Below, one piece after another: positions 10,130-22,533 of a stretch of DNA of 64,000 nt. Numbering within the stretch: the stretch's first letter is position 1; the number at the start of each line of letters is the position of its first letter. The stretch is taken from the NCBI RefSeq assembly GCF_016026235.1, contig NZ_CP065613.1; one strand, written 5' to 3'. A model generated the notes under the pieces. That model made no database searches. It was not told where the DNA came from and saw only the letters and a program-made list of their open reading frames with translations. The position numbers and the translations under genes are program-made. Origin of the DNA: Escherichia coli (GTDB taxonomy: Bacteria; Pseudomonadota; Gammaproteobacteria; Enterobacterales; Enterobacteriaceae).

Positions 10130-10225
10130 TTAAATTCTAAAATAATCACGAAAAAAATTTTACTTCCGCCTCATGCGGCGAATGTGGGAATTGCCCAGGC
10201 GGCGGGGGATAGGGGCTGGAGACAG

Positions 10226-10248
10226 TTATCCACTATTCCTGTGGATAA
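10226..10248. promoter_or_regulatory. Pair of inverted DnaA-box-like 9-mers (ttatccact / tgtggataa) in the uvrB upstream region
   Basis: Matches to TTATNCACA; uvrB is reported to have a DnaA-regulated promoter. Confidence 0.45.
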
Positions 10249-10550
10249 CCATGTGTATTAGAGTTAGAAAACACGAGGCAAGCGAGAGAATACGCGGCTT
10301 GCACGCGAATTGGCGTTAAAGACGGCTCAAAGAAATATCTTTTATTTTTTAACTGGTTAGATAAATGCAATGGCAGTCACTGAACAGGCATCTCTTGCCA
10401 TAAAACTGTCATCACTCATCTTGACAAATGTTAAAAAAGCCGTTGCTTTGGGGATAACCCGGTAAGGCCGGAGTTTTATCTCGCCACAGAGTAAATTTTG
10501 CTCATGATTGACAGCGGAGTTTACGCTGTATCAGAAATATTATGGTGATG

Positions 10551-10570
10551 AACTGTTTTTTTATCCAGTA
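10551..10570. promoter_or_regulatory. LexA (SOS) box of uvrB: aactgtttttttatccagta
   Basis: CTGT-N8-ACAG-type motif about 80 nt upstream of the uvrB start. Confidence 0.8.
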
Positions 10571-10644
10571 TAATTTGTTGGCATAATTAAGTACGACGAG
10601 TAAAATTACATACCTGCCCGCCCAACTCCTTCAGGTAGCGACTC

Positions 10645-12666
<2,022 letters not shown>

Positions 12667-12703
12667 CAGGATAGCGAAGAAGACTGATGACAAACGGAAA
12701 ACA

Positions 12704-12801
12704 GCCTGATGCGCTACGCTTATCAGGCCTACATTTTCTCCGCAATATATTGAATTTGCGCGGTTTGTAGGCCGGATAAGGCGTTCACGCCGCATCCGGC
12801 A
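12704..12801. repeat. BIME: two REP elements (gcctgatgcgctacgcttatcaggcctac and gtaggccggataaggcgttcacgccgcatccggc)
   Basis: Canonical E. coli REP palindromes between convergent uvrB and ybhK. Confidence 0.85.
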
Positions 12802-12857
12802 TAAACAACGCGCACTTTGTCTTCAATAGGAAGCCGGAATTTTCCTTCGGATTTCCG

Positions 12858-13826
<969 letters not shown>

Positions 13827-13963
13827 TTAACCTGCCAATATTGAGGATACAAACTATTTTCTTCTACCTCTAAAGGACGATGCACGCTATGCCTCCCTGA
13901 TGATGTATATCAAAGTAAAACCGCCATTTTCCCTTATTCTGTAGCGAAATAGCACGATCATGA

Positions 13964-13987
13964 CGCTATATACATGATTACATAGCG
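13964..13987. promoter_or_regulatory. Putative ModE operator (cgctatatacatgattacatagcg) in the moaA promoter
   Basis: Palindromic CGCTATAT...ACATAGCG resembling the ModE site class. Confidence 0.4.
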
Positions 13988-14029
13988 AAAGTGTGGATGG
14001 TAAAAATCTCATTTACACGCTAGTATCGG

Positions 14030-14160
14030 CATAACCACTAAACACTCTAGCCTCTGCACCTGGGTCAACTGATACGGTGCTTTGGCCGTGACAATGCTCG
14101 TAAAGATTGCCACCAGGGCGAAGGAAGAAATGACTTCGCCTCCCGTATCTGGAAAGGTGT
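14030..14160 (+). ncRNA. Moco (molybdenum cofactor) riboswitch region in the moaA 5' leader; boundaries approximate
   Basis: Long structured leader immediately upstream of moaA where the Moco RNA motif is known in E. coli; boundaries not computed. Confidence 0.45.
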
Positions 14161-14162
14161 AC

Positions 14163-15152
14163 ATGGCTTCACAACTGACTGATGCATTTGCGCGTAAGTT
14201 TTACTACTTGCGCCTGTCGATTACCGATGTGTGTAACTTTCGTTGCACCTACTGCCTGCCGGATGGCTACAAACCGAGCGGCGTCACCAATAAAGGCTTT
14301 CTTACCGTCGATGAAATTCGCCGGGTTACGCGCGCCTTCGCCTGTCTGGGCACCGAAAAAGTGCGCCTGACAGGCGGTGAGCCGTCTTTACGCCGCGACT
14401 TTACCGATATCATCGCCGCTTTGCGGGAAAACGACGCTATCCGCCAGATTGCGGTCACCACCAATGGTTACCGTCTGGAACGCGATGTGGCGAACTGGCG
14501 CGATGCGGGACTTACTGGCATTAACGTCAGTGTCGACAGTCTGGACGCCCGCCAGTTTCACGCTATTACCGGGCAGGATAAATTCAACCAGGTCATGGCG
14601 GGGATTGATGCTGCATTTGAGGCCGGTTTTGAGAAGGTCAAAGTCAATACCGTGCTGATGCGTGATGTTAATCATCACCAGCTCGACACCTTTCTGAACT
14701 GGATCCAGCATCGCCCTATCCAGCTGCGTTTCATCGAACTGATGGAAACGGGCGAGGGCAGCGAGCTCTTCCGTAAGCATCACATCTCTGGTCAGGTTCT
14801 GCGTGACGAGCTACTGCGTCGCGGCTGGATCCACCAATTACGTCAACGCAGCGACGGTCCCGCGCAAGTCTTTTGCCATCCAGATTACGCCGGAGAGATT
14901 GGCCTTATCATGCCGTATGAAAAAGACTTCTGCGCCACTTGCAACCGCCTGCGCGTTTCCTCCATTGGTAAACTCCATCTCTGCCTGTTTGGTGAAGGCG
15001 GCGTTAACCTGCGCGATCTGCTGGAAGACGATACCCAGCAACAGGCGCTGGAAGCGCGTATTTCAGCGGCGCTGCGGGAGAAGAAACAGACCCATTTCCT
15101 GCATCAAAACAACACCGGTATTACGCAAAACTTATCGTACATTGGCGGCTAA
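14163..15152 (+). CDS. moaA: GTP 3',8-cyclase (radical SAM), 329 aa
   Basis: ORF 14082..15152 trimmed to [31 protein letters not shown]. Confidence 0.95.
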   Translation: MASQLTDAFARKFYYLRLSITDVCNFRCTYCLPDGYKPSGVTNKGFLTVDEIRRVTRAFACLGTEKVRLTGGEPSLRRDFTDIIAALRENDAIRQIAVTTNGYRLERDVANWRDAGLTGINVSVDSLDARQFHAITGQDKFNQVMAGIDAAFEAGFEKVKVNTVLMRDVNHHQLDTFLNWIQHRPIQLRFIELMETGEGSELFRKHHISGQVLRDELLRRGWIHQLRQRSDGPAQVFCHPDYAGEIGLIMPYEKDFCATCNRLRVSSIGKLHLCLFGEGGVNLRDLLEDDTQQQALEARISAALREKKQTHFLHQNNTGITQNLSYIGG

Positions 15153-15173
15153 AACGTCAAAAGGAGAGATCAG

Positions 15174-15686
15174 ATGAGTCAGGTAAGCACTGAATTTATC
15201 CCGACCCGTATTGCTATTCTTACGGTTTCTAATCGTCGCGGTGAAGAAGACGATACCTCCGGTCACTATCTGCGCGATTCGGCGCAAGAAGCGGGCCATC
15301 ACGTTGTCGATAAAGCCATTGTGAAAGAAAACCGCTACGCTATTCGCGCTCAGGTATCTGCGTGGATCGCCAGCGACGATGTACAAGTGGTATTGATTAC
15401 GGGTGGTACTGGCCTGACGGAAGGTGATCAGGCTCCCGAAGCATTGCTGCCGTTGTTCGACCGTGAAGTTGAAGGTTTTGGTGAAGTGTTCCGGATGTTG
15501 TCGTTTGAAGAGATTGGCACTTCCACGTTGCAATCTCGTGCGGTAGCGGGCGTCGCCAACAAAACGCTGATTTTCGCCATGCCGGGTTCGACCAAAGCGT
15601 GCCGTACCGCATGGGAAAATATCATCGCGCCGCAGCTGGATGCCCGTACGCGTCCGTGTAATTTCCATCCACATTTGAAGAAATAA
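15174..15686 (+). CDS. moaB: Molybdenum cofactor biosynthesis protein B, 170 aa
   Basis: ORF 15174..15686. Confidence 0.95.
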
Positions 15687-15688
15687 GT

Positions 15689-16174
15689 ATGTCGCAACTG
15701 ACCCATATCAACGCCGCTGGCGAAGCGCACATGGTGGATGTCTCCGCCAAAGCGGAAACCGTGCGTGAAGCGCGGGCGGAAGCCTTTGTCACCATGCGCA
15801 GCGAGACGCTGGCGATGATTATTGATGGTCGCCACCACAAAGGCGACGTATTTGCCACTGCGCGTATTGCCGGTATTCAGGCGGCAAAACGCACCTGGGA
15901 TCTGATCCCGCTCTGTCATCCGCTGATGCTCAGCAAAGTTGAAGTCAATTTACAGGCCGAGCCGGAGCACAATCGGGTGCGTATAGAAACCTTATGCCGC
16001 CTGACCGGGAAAACCGGTGTCGAAATGGAAGCATTAACCGCGGCCTCCGTGGCGGCGCTGACCATTTATGACATGTGCAAAGCGGTGCAAAAAGATATGG
16101 TGATTGGTCCGGTACGTTTGCTGGCGAAGAGCGGCGGCAAGTCGGGTGACTTTAAGGTGGAAGCGGATGATTAA
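15689..16174 (+). CDS. moaC: Cyclic pyranopterin monophosphate synthase, 161 aa
   Basis: ORF 15689..16174. Confidence 0.95.
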
Positions 16175-16412
16175 AGTTCTTTTTTTCGCCCAGGTGCGCG
16201 AGTTGGTGGGAACAGATGCAACCGAAGTGGCTGCGGATTTCCCAACTGTTGAAGCGTTACGCCAGCACATGGCTGCGCAGAGCGATCGCTGGGCGCTGGC
16301 GCTGGAAGATGGCAAATTACTGGCTGCCGTCAACCAGACGCTGGTGAGTTTTGACCATCCGCTGACTGACGGCGACGAAGTAGCTTTCTTCCCGCCGGTA
16401 ACCGGAGGTTAA
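16167..16412 (+). CDS. moaD: Molybdopterin synthase sulfur-carrier subunit, 81 aa, C-terminal GG
   Basis: ORF 16104..16412 trimmed to [12 protein letters not shown]; ends ..VTGG. Confidence 0.9.
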
Positions 16413-16413
16413 G

Positions 16414-16866
16414 ATGGCAGAAACCAAAATTGTTGTTGGTCCGCAGCCGTTCAGCGTAGGAGAAGAGTACCCGTGGCTGGCGGAGCGTGACGAAGACGGT
16501 GCGGTAGTCACCTTTACCGGTAAGGTGCGCAACCATAACCTGGGCGACAGCGTCAAAGCATTAACCCTCGAACACTATCCGGGGATGACTGAAAAAGCAC
16601 TGGCAGAAATTGTCGATGAAGCGCGTAACCGCTGGCCGCTGGGGCGCGTCACGGTGATTCACCGCATCGGGGAATTATGGCCGGGCGATGAAATCGTTTT
16701 TGTCGGTGTCACCAGTGCGCATCGCAGCAGTGCGTTTGAAGCCGGGCAGTTTATTATGGATTATCTCAAAACCCGCGCACCGTTCTGGAAGCGCGAAGCC
16801 ACGCCTGAAGGCGACCGCTGGGTCGAAGCTAGGGAGAGCGATCAGCAGGCGGCAAAACGCTGGTAG
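16414..16866 (+). CDS. moaE: Molybdopterin synthase catalytic subunit, 150 aa
   Basis: ORF 16414..16866. Confidence 0.95.
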   Translation: MAETKIVVGPQPFSVGEEYPWLAERDEDGAVVTFTGKVRNHNLGDSVKALTLEHYPGMTEKALAEIVDEARNRWPLGRVTVIHRIGELWPGDEIVFVGVTSAHRSSAFEAGQFIMDYLKTRAPFWKREATPEGDRWVEARESDQQAAKRW

Positions 16867-17002
16867 TTTTTTGTTAGCCGGATAAGGCACCGCTGCGTCC
16901 GGCAATTTTGCCGCTCAGTACATGCGTTTACGCTGCGTCGATGCACAGCCTCATCATTTTGCAGTATCCTTAAGATATTCCTTATATCTTCAGGAGATCG
17001 TC

Positions 17003-17707
17003 ATGGACAGATTCCCACGTTCTGATTCAATCGTACAACCCCGGGCTGGCTTGCAAACTTATATGGCGCAAGTCTATGGCTGGATGACCGTTGGCTTGTT
17101 GCTGACCGCATTTGTTGCCTGGTATGCAGCTAATTCTGCGGCCGTGATGGAGCTGTTATTCACTAACCGTGTCTTTTTAATCGGTCTGATCATCGCGCAA
17201 TTAGCATTGGTTATTGTGTTATCAGCGATGATTCAAAAGCTGAGCGCAGGTGTAACGACGATGCTCTTTATGCTTTATTCGGCGCTGACGGGTCTTACGC
17301 TTTCCAGTATTTTCATTGTCTATACCGCTGCTTCTATCGCCAGTACTTTCGTCGTTACTGCCGGGATGTTCGGCGCAATGAGCCTGTACGGTTACACCAC
17401 GAAGCGCGATTTAAGTGGCTTTGGCAATATGCTGTTTATGGCGTTAATCGGCATTGTGTTGGCATCGCTGGTCAACTTCTGGCTGAAAAGCGAAGCGTTG
17501 ATGTGGGCAGTCACCTACATCGGCGTGATTGTCTTTGTGGGGCTGACCGCATACGACACCCAGAAACTGAAAAACATGGGTGAGCAGATTGATACCCGCG
17601 ACAGCTCTAACCTGCGTAAATACTCCATTCTCGGCGCATTAACGCTGTATCTCGATTTCATCAACCTGTTCCTGATGTTGCTGCGGATCTTCGGCAACCG
17701 CCGTTAA
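17003..17707 (+). CDS. ybhL: BAX-inhibitor-1 family inner membrane protein, 234 aa
   Basis: ORF 16922..17707 trimmed to MDRFPRSDSIVQPRAG with SD ggaga upstream; multiple TM segments. Confidence 0.9.
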   Translation: MDRFPRSDSIVQPRAGLQTYMAQVYGWMTVGLLLTAFVAWYAANSAAVMELLFTNRVFLIGLIIAQLALVIVLSAMIQKLSAGVTTMLFMLYSALTGLTLSSIFIVYTAASIASTFVVTAGMFGAMSLYGYTTKRDLSGFGNMLFMALIGIVLASLVNFWLKSEALMWAVTYIGVIVFVGLTAYDTQKLKNMGEQIDTRDSSNLRKYSILGALTLYLDFINLFLMLLRIFGNRR

Positions 17708-17725
17708 ATTCTCTTCTTCCTGCTG

Positions 17726-17752
17726 ATCCCGGCCTGGTGCCGGGATTTTTTC
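17726..17752 (+). terminator. Rho-independent terminator of ybhL (cccggc ctggt gccggg attttttc)
   Basis: GC stem plus T-run 20 nt after the ybhL stop. Confidence 0.7.
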
Positions 17753-18043
17753 GGATTATATAAAGGCTGTTTCGCTCATTTTCATGAGAACTCAGTCGCT
17801 GCAAATGCCACACTATCCGTATGCGTCAATTCAGGGATAGATAACTCATTTGAACCGTCAATTCGCTGTCACTTACTTGCCCAGAAAAAACCGGCCCCTC
17901 AAAGGGTGGCTGGTAGCTGGCGGGATAAAACACTATTGCGATTTTATTCGCTTGTTTCGGTTTCCTGCCATGAACGCTCTTGTGCTTGTCTGGCCCAGGC
18001 ATTCACGGTGCAGGTAATGGACGCATATTGAAGAAATAAAATT

Positions 18044-18388
18044 ATGAAAGTGATAAAGATAATTATTGCGATTACAGGTGTTATGATTATGGTGATGGCA
18101 CATGACCTCGGTCACGAGATATATACGTCATATTTCAGGCCGTCAAGTCACGGAGTTGGTTTGGGATTTATCCGCTTTTATATGCTTTTTGTTCTCCTCC
18201 CCGTGGTATTCCTGACGCCATTTATAGCAAATAAGTACACGCACACACTATCTTGTATTGCAATATTATATTTATTGTTTTCGTGGGGCGGTTTGCATCC
18301 ATTGCGAGTTATTTTAATGATTTTATCATTCATGCTATCGTATATGTCGGTGTTATTTTTAAAGAAAATTGATGCAAAAAGGAAATGA
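18044..18388 (+). CDS. Hypothetical small inner-membrane protein, 114 aa, 3-4 predicted TM helices, basic C-terminal tail; low-GC gene
   Basis: ORF track 18044..18388; hydrophobic stretches by eye; strongly AT-rich compared with flanking genes; weak SD. Confidence 0.4.
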   Translation: MKVIKIIIAITGVMIMVMAHDLGHEIYTSYFRPSSHGVGLGFIRFYMLFVLLPVVFLTPFIANKYTHTLSCIAILYLLFSWGGLHPLRVILMILSFMLSYMSVLFLKKIDAKRK

Positions 18389-18439
18389 AATTCCAGATAT
18401 ATTTAAAAATATTTATGATATTAAACAAGAGAGGTTTTT

Positions 18440-18817
18440 ATGTCATTAGTTTGCACAATAGAAAATAAATATGTTGATAAATTTATGGCTATTCTGCTTT
18501 TAGGGGTTTTACACTCGCTGGAAAGGGGAGCAGTAACCATAGATGAATCTGAATTGCTTGTTTTCTGTCCTTTTTTTGCCCGTACTCTACGGAGGAAAGG
18601 TTGTGATAAAGAATTACTAGATATAATTTATCATGGTTGTGAGCTTGAAGATATTGAATCGCTGATCCCTGAAAGGCTCGAGACTGTCATACAAGAACTA
18701 ATTCTCCAAACAACCGATTTGATCTATACAAAAAGAGATGATTATCCCTTAAGTGATGAAAGGGAAAGCATGGTTTCCTTTGAATTTAGCAATAATAAGG
18801 ATTTGCAGAGTGTTTAA
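18440..18817 (+). CDS. Hypothetical acidic hydrophilic protein, 125 aa (possibly the N-terminal part of a roughly 196-aa frameshifted gene)
   Basis: ORF track 18440..18817 with good SD (gagagg) 6 nt upstream of the ATG; low GC (about 25% in the first 60 nt, counted by hand). Confidence 0.4.
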   Translation: MSLVCTIENKYVDKFMAILLLGVLHSLERGAVTIDESELLVFCPFFARTLRRKGCDKELLDIIYHGCELEDIESLIPERLETVIQELILQTTDLIYTKRDDYPLSDERESMVSFEFSNNKDLQSV

Positions 18818-19031
18818 AGATAAAACTGTCGCAGCAGAAATTAGTGCATTAATGCTTGAGATTGGTGCGAAATTAGATAATTCCGTTTCACTTGTTCAGA
18901 AAAGTTGCGATGAATCTGAGCTTAATACTTATCGTTCCGCCGTCGGTGAAATTATGGGGCGCATGTTAATCGACATCATGAACCCCATCTATAAACAGCA
19001 CTCCGAACTCAAACCTGAACAACTTAGCTGA
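18753..19031 (+). CDS. Hypothetical protein, 92 aa, other frame, overlapping the previous ORF by 65 nt (a separate overlapping gene or the C-terminal part of a frameshifted gene)
   Basis: ORF track 18753..19031; its stop is 3 bp from the convergent ybhN stop. Confidence 0.35.
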   Translation: MMKGKAWFPLNLAIIRICRVFKDKTVAAEISALMLEIGAKLDNSVSLVQKSCDESELNTYRSAVGEIMGRMLIDIMNPIYKQHSELKPEQLS

Positions 19032-19034
19032 ACA

Positions 19035-19991
19035 TTACATCGCCGCTTCATTTTTCGCCCGTAGCTTCTTCGCCTGGCTTTCCAGCAACAGGTAACAGAT
19101 CAGCGCCAGCAGCAGTGGGATAAAGTAATACAGCACACGATAAGCGAGTAGGGCGGCGATAATTGTGCCTTTAGATGTATGCTCCCCTGCCAGTAGCGCG
19201 ATAAATACCGCTTCCAGCACACCAATTCCCGCCGGAATATGCACGATGACACCAGCAATACTACTAACCAGCAACACGCCCAGTACAAAGAAATAGTTCA
19301 CGCTTTGACCAAGTAACAGCCAGATAATCGCTCCCATTACCATCCAGTTAACGCTGGAAATCAGCATCTGAGCGAGGGCGAATTTCCATGAAGGCAGCAC
19401 CAGCTTTTGCCCTTTGATGGTCATATGGCGGTGCTTCGCGAAAGCGCAAAACCACAAATAAACCGCGATAATCATCAGTAAGCCAATGCCGAGAATGCGC
19501 AGCGTGGTTTGATCGACATACCAGTGGTCCGGCAACTCCACCACGCCTGCGGTAAATATAATCCCTGCCAGTAAAATATAGCCCAGCCAGTTGGTGGTAA
19601 TACTGAGCGAGAAAATCCGCGTAATAGTGCTGCCCGGTAACCCTAGTCGGGAGTACAAACGATAGCGCATACCAATGCCGCCGACCCAGGTACTGAGCGT
19701 CAGGTTGAAGGCGTAGCAGATAAACGACACCAGCATCACCTGGCGCTTCGCCAGTTTGTGACCGCAGTAAAAGCGGGCGAGCAGGTCATAGCAGCCGTAA
19801 ATCAGATAGCTGACGACCACCAGCCCGACCGCACTAAGCAGCGCAACGCGATTGTAGTCGCGGATGACCTTCCAGACCTCTTCCCAGTCCACTTTTTTGG
19901 CGTAGATCACCAGCAACACAATCACCGCGATAAAAAACAGCCAGGTGAGGATCTTCTTTGCTAAGCGCCAGCGCGGGTGTGATTTACTCAT
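19035..19991 (-). CDS. ybhN: Inner membrane protein YbhN (UPF0104/lysylphosphatidylglycerol-synthase-like TM domain), 318 aa
   Basis: ORF 19035..19991. Confidence 0.9.
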   Translation of the reverse strand: MSKSHPRWRLAKKILTWLFFIAVIVLLVIYAKKVDWEEVWKVIRDYNRVALLSAVGLVVVSYLIYGCYDLLARFYCGHKLAKRQVMLVSFICYAFNLTLSTWVGGIGMRYRLYSRLGLPGSTITRIFSLSITTNWLGYILLAGIIFTAGVVELPDHWYVDQTTLRILGIGLLMIIAVYLWFCAFAKHRHMTIKGQKLVLPSWKFALAQMLISSVNWMVMGAIIWLLLGQSVNYFFVLGVLLVSSIAGVIVHIPAGIGVLEAVFIALLAGEHTSKGTIIAALLAYRVLYYFIPLLLALICYLLLESQAKKLRAKNEAAM

Positions 19992-21232
19992 CAGGGTTTT
20001 ACCCCCGTGTTTTCAGTTTCTACCCGATCCTGCGTTTCCATTGTCGGTTGTGCGGGGGGATCAACCTGCGCCAGACGTGGTGTGTGTGCCGGAAGCCAGC
20101 CAACCAGTGCCGGGAAGTGGCGTAAAAAGTGGAACGCCAGCACGCTTTTGGTCAGGTTCCACCAGGTGCGTTTGGGCAGCATGGTTTCATCCACCTGCTG
20201 ACAATCTGCGGCGATAATGCCGTTCAGATTATCGCGCAGCGTCTGGTTAAAATGACGATCGTGGATGATGACATTTGCTTCGAGATTCAGTGACAAACTG
20301 AGCGGATCGAGATTACTGGACCCTACTGTCGCCCAGTGATCGTCCATCAATGCTACTTTGCCGTGGAGCGGGCGGCGGCGGTACTCAAACACCTGAACGC
20401 CACCTTTTACCAGATAGTTATACAGCAAGCGCGCACCGACTCTGACAATCGGCATATCCGGTTCGCCCTGAATGATCAGTTTGATCCGCACCCCGCGCCG
20501 TGCCGCTTTACGCAAGGCGTGTAAAAATCGATAGCCGGGGAAGAAGTAGGCGTTGGCGATAATGACTTCTCGCCGCGCCTGAGTGAGCATTTTCAGATAG
20601 TGACGTTCAATATCATCGCGATGTTCTTCGTTATCGCGCCAGACCAGCAATACCTGCGCTTCTCCCGGCTGGCGGTTCTCTTCCGCTTTGTGATGACGTC
20701 GCCACCAGCGTCGTGCCGCGCTCTGTCCAGGCAGGTTTTCCAGCTCAAACTGGAGAATATCTTCGACAATCGGCCCTTCAAGGCGTACCGCGTAATCCTG
20801 TTTAGCCTCTGGACCGTAGCTGGACATATGCTCGGCGGAGTAATTCAGCCCGCCAATAAAGGCTATACGCGCGTCGATCACCACAATTTTGCGATGCATC
20901 CGGCGAAACACATTGGTGCGCATACCAAAAAGGCGAGGGCGGGGATCGTAGTAGCGGAACACTACGCCAGCTGCCGTCAGTTCATTGACAAACTCATCGC
21001 TGAGATCCGGCGAACCGTAGCCATCCAGCAAGACTTCCGCTTTAACCCCGCGTTGCGCTGCTGCCAGTAGTGCCGCATGCAGTTGTTTGCCGACGTCATC
21101 CTCAAACCAGATAAACGTTTCAAGAATGATGCGTTCTTGTGCCTCGCCAATCGCCTTAAACACCGCGGGATAATATTGCTCGCCGTTTTCCAGCAACTGG
21201 ATCTTATTGCCTTCGCGCCAGCTACATTTCAT
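19991..21232 (-). CDS. clsB: Cardiolipin synthase B (phospholipase D family), 413 aa
   Basis: ORF 19991..21232; HxK-type PLD motifs; stop/start overlap with ybhN. Confidence 0.9.
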   Translation of the reverse strand: MKCSWREGNKIQLLENGEQYYPAVFKAIGEAQERIILETFIWFEDDVGKQLHAALLAAAQRGVKAEVLLDGYGSPDLSDEFVNELTAAGVVFRYYDPRPRLFGMRTNVFRRMHRKIVVIDARIAFIGGLNYSAEHMSSYGPEAKQDYAVRLEGPIVEDILQFELENLPGQSAARRWWRRHHKAEENRQPGEAQVLLVWRDNEEHRDDIERHYLKMLTQARREVIIANAYFFPGYRFLHALRKAARRGVRIKLIIQGEPDMPIVRVGARLLYNYLVKGGVQVFEYRRRPLHGKVALMDDHWATVGSSNLDPLSLSLNLEANVIIHDRHFNQTLRDNLNGIIAADCQQVDETMLPKRTWWNLTKSVLAFHFLRHFPALVGWLPAHTPRLAQVDPPAQPTMETQDRVETENTGVKP

Positions 21233-21990
21233 AAATGAATCTCCGCACTTAAAGGGGCATGATCAGAAAGGTGTCGCCATGTCCGCAGCGGCAACGCGGT
21301 TGGCGCGCTGGCGCTGGCATTTTTGACGTAGATCCTGTCCAGTCGTAGTAGAGGAAATTGCACCGGAAACGTGCGCGCTGGGCGTCCGTGGGCGCGGGTA
21401 AAAATCTCATCCAGTCCGGCCTGCACTTTTAACGGATGATTAGCTTTTTGCTGCCAGTCATTGAAATCACCCGCCACCAATACCGGTTCGCCGTCCGGTA
21501 GCTCATTCACCCATTCGGCGAGCATCGCAAGCTGCGCCTGACGGTGCGCCTCACGCAGGCCCAGATGTACGCACATCACATGAATCGCTTTTCCGGTCAT
21601 CGGCGGCACAATGCGGCAGTAGAGCACGCCGCGCTTTTCCGCACCATCGACCGAAACATCGCGATTCTCATAATGTTCAATGGGATAACGCGACAGTACG
21701 GCGTTGCCGTGATGCCCTTCCGGGTATACGGCATTGCGACCGTAGGCAAAATCGCTCCACATAGTGTCGGCGAGAAACTCGTAGTGCGAGGTATCGGGCC
21801 AGTTTTCCACATGCAGCGGATGAACTTCGTGCGCGCCCATCACTTCCTGCAGGCAAACAATATCGGCGCTGACGGTACGCACGGCATCGCGAAGTTCCGG
21901 CAAAATGAAGCGTCGGTTAAACGCGGTAAAGCCTTTGTGAATATTGATGGTGAGCACCTTGAACGAAAATTGTTGTGTTTGATCGGGCAT
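21229..21990 (-). CDS. ybhP: Endonuclease/exonuclease/phosphatase-family protein, 253 aa
   Basis: ORF 21229..21990; overlaps the clsB start. Confidence 0.85.
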   Translation of the reverse strand: MPDQTQQFSFKVLTINIHKGFTAFNRRFILPELRDAVRTVSADIVCLQEVMGAHEVHPLHVENWPDTSHYEFLADTMWSDFAYGRNAVYPEGHHGNAVLSRYPIEHYENRDVSVDGAEKRGVLYCRIVPPMTGKAIHVMCVHLGLREAHRQAQLAMLAEWVNELPDGEPVLVAGDFNDWQQKANHPLKVQAGLDEIFTRAHGRPARTFPVQFPLLRLDRIYVKNASASAPTALPLRTWRHLSDHAPLSAEIHL

Positions 21991-22122
21991 AATTTTCCTG
22001 TCTTTGCCTCTTATCTCATTGAAATAGTGTAGTCGGCGTCACAAAAAGGTGCGGTCTTACGGAATTTTCCGTAAAGTTCGGTACTCTGAGTAAGTAGAGA
22101 TAAATTCTTCAGGAGAGAAGCC

Positions 22123-22533
22123 ATGAAGTGGCAACAACGTGTTCGTGTCGCAACGGGTCTAAGTTGCTGGCAGATTATGTTGCATTTACTGGTAGTGGCG
22201 CTGCTGGTGGTGGGCTGGATGAGTAAGACTCTGGTTCACGTCGGCGTGGGATTATGCGCACTGTATTGTGTCACGGTAGTGATGATGCTGGTGTTTCAGC
22301 GCCACCCCGAGCAACGCTGGCGTGAGGTGGCAGACGTGCTGGAAGAGCTGACCACGACCTGGTATTTTGGCGCAGCGCTGATTGTGCTGTGGCTGTTGTC
22401 CCGCGTACTGGAAAACAACTTTTTGCTGGCAATTGCAGGGCTGGCAATCCTTGCCGGCCCGGCGGTAGTGTCTTTGCTGGCGAAAGATAAGAAGTTACAT
22501 CACCTTACGTCTAAACATCGCGTACGCCGCTGA
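22123..22533 (+). CDS. ybhQ: Inner membrane protein YbhQ, 136 aa
   Basis: ORF 22123..22533; its 3' end overlaps convergent ybhR by 39 nt. Confidence 0.8.

Noticed and set aside
12704-12801. REP/BIME clusters (here and at 29783, 35035, 44561, 56545) considered as possible CRISPR-like repeats
   Set aside because: They are imperfect palindromes in inverted pairs without regularly spaced unique spacers; these are classic REP elements, and no CRISPR array is present in the window
17762-18031. Roughly 90-codon stop-free stretch in the same frame, upstream of the islet, possibly a remnant coding sequence
   Set aside because: No in-frame ATG near its 5' end, translation is not membrane-like or recognisable, and open stretches of this length occur by chance at this GC; left as unannotated spacer
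18044-18817. Possibility that the 114-aa membrane ORF and the following acidic ORF are one gene split by a nonsense mutation (they share a reading frame)
   Set aside because: The 51-nt gap contains at least four in-frame stops and a strong SD immediately before the second ATG, so two separate genes is the simpler reading
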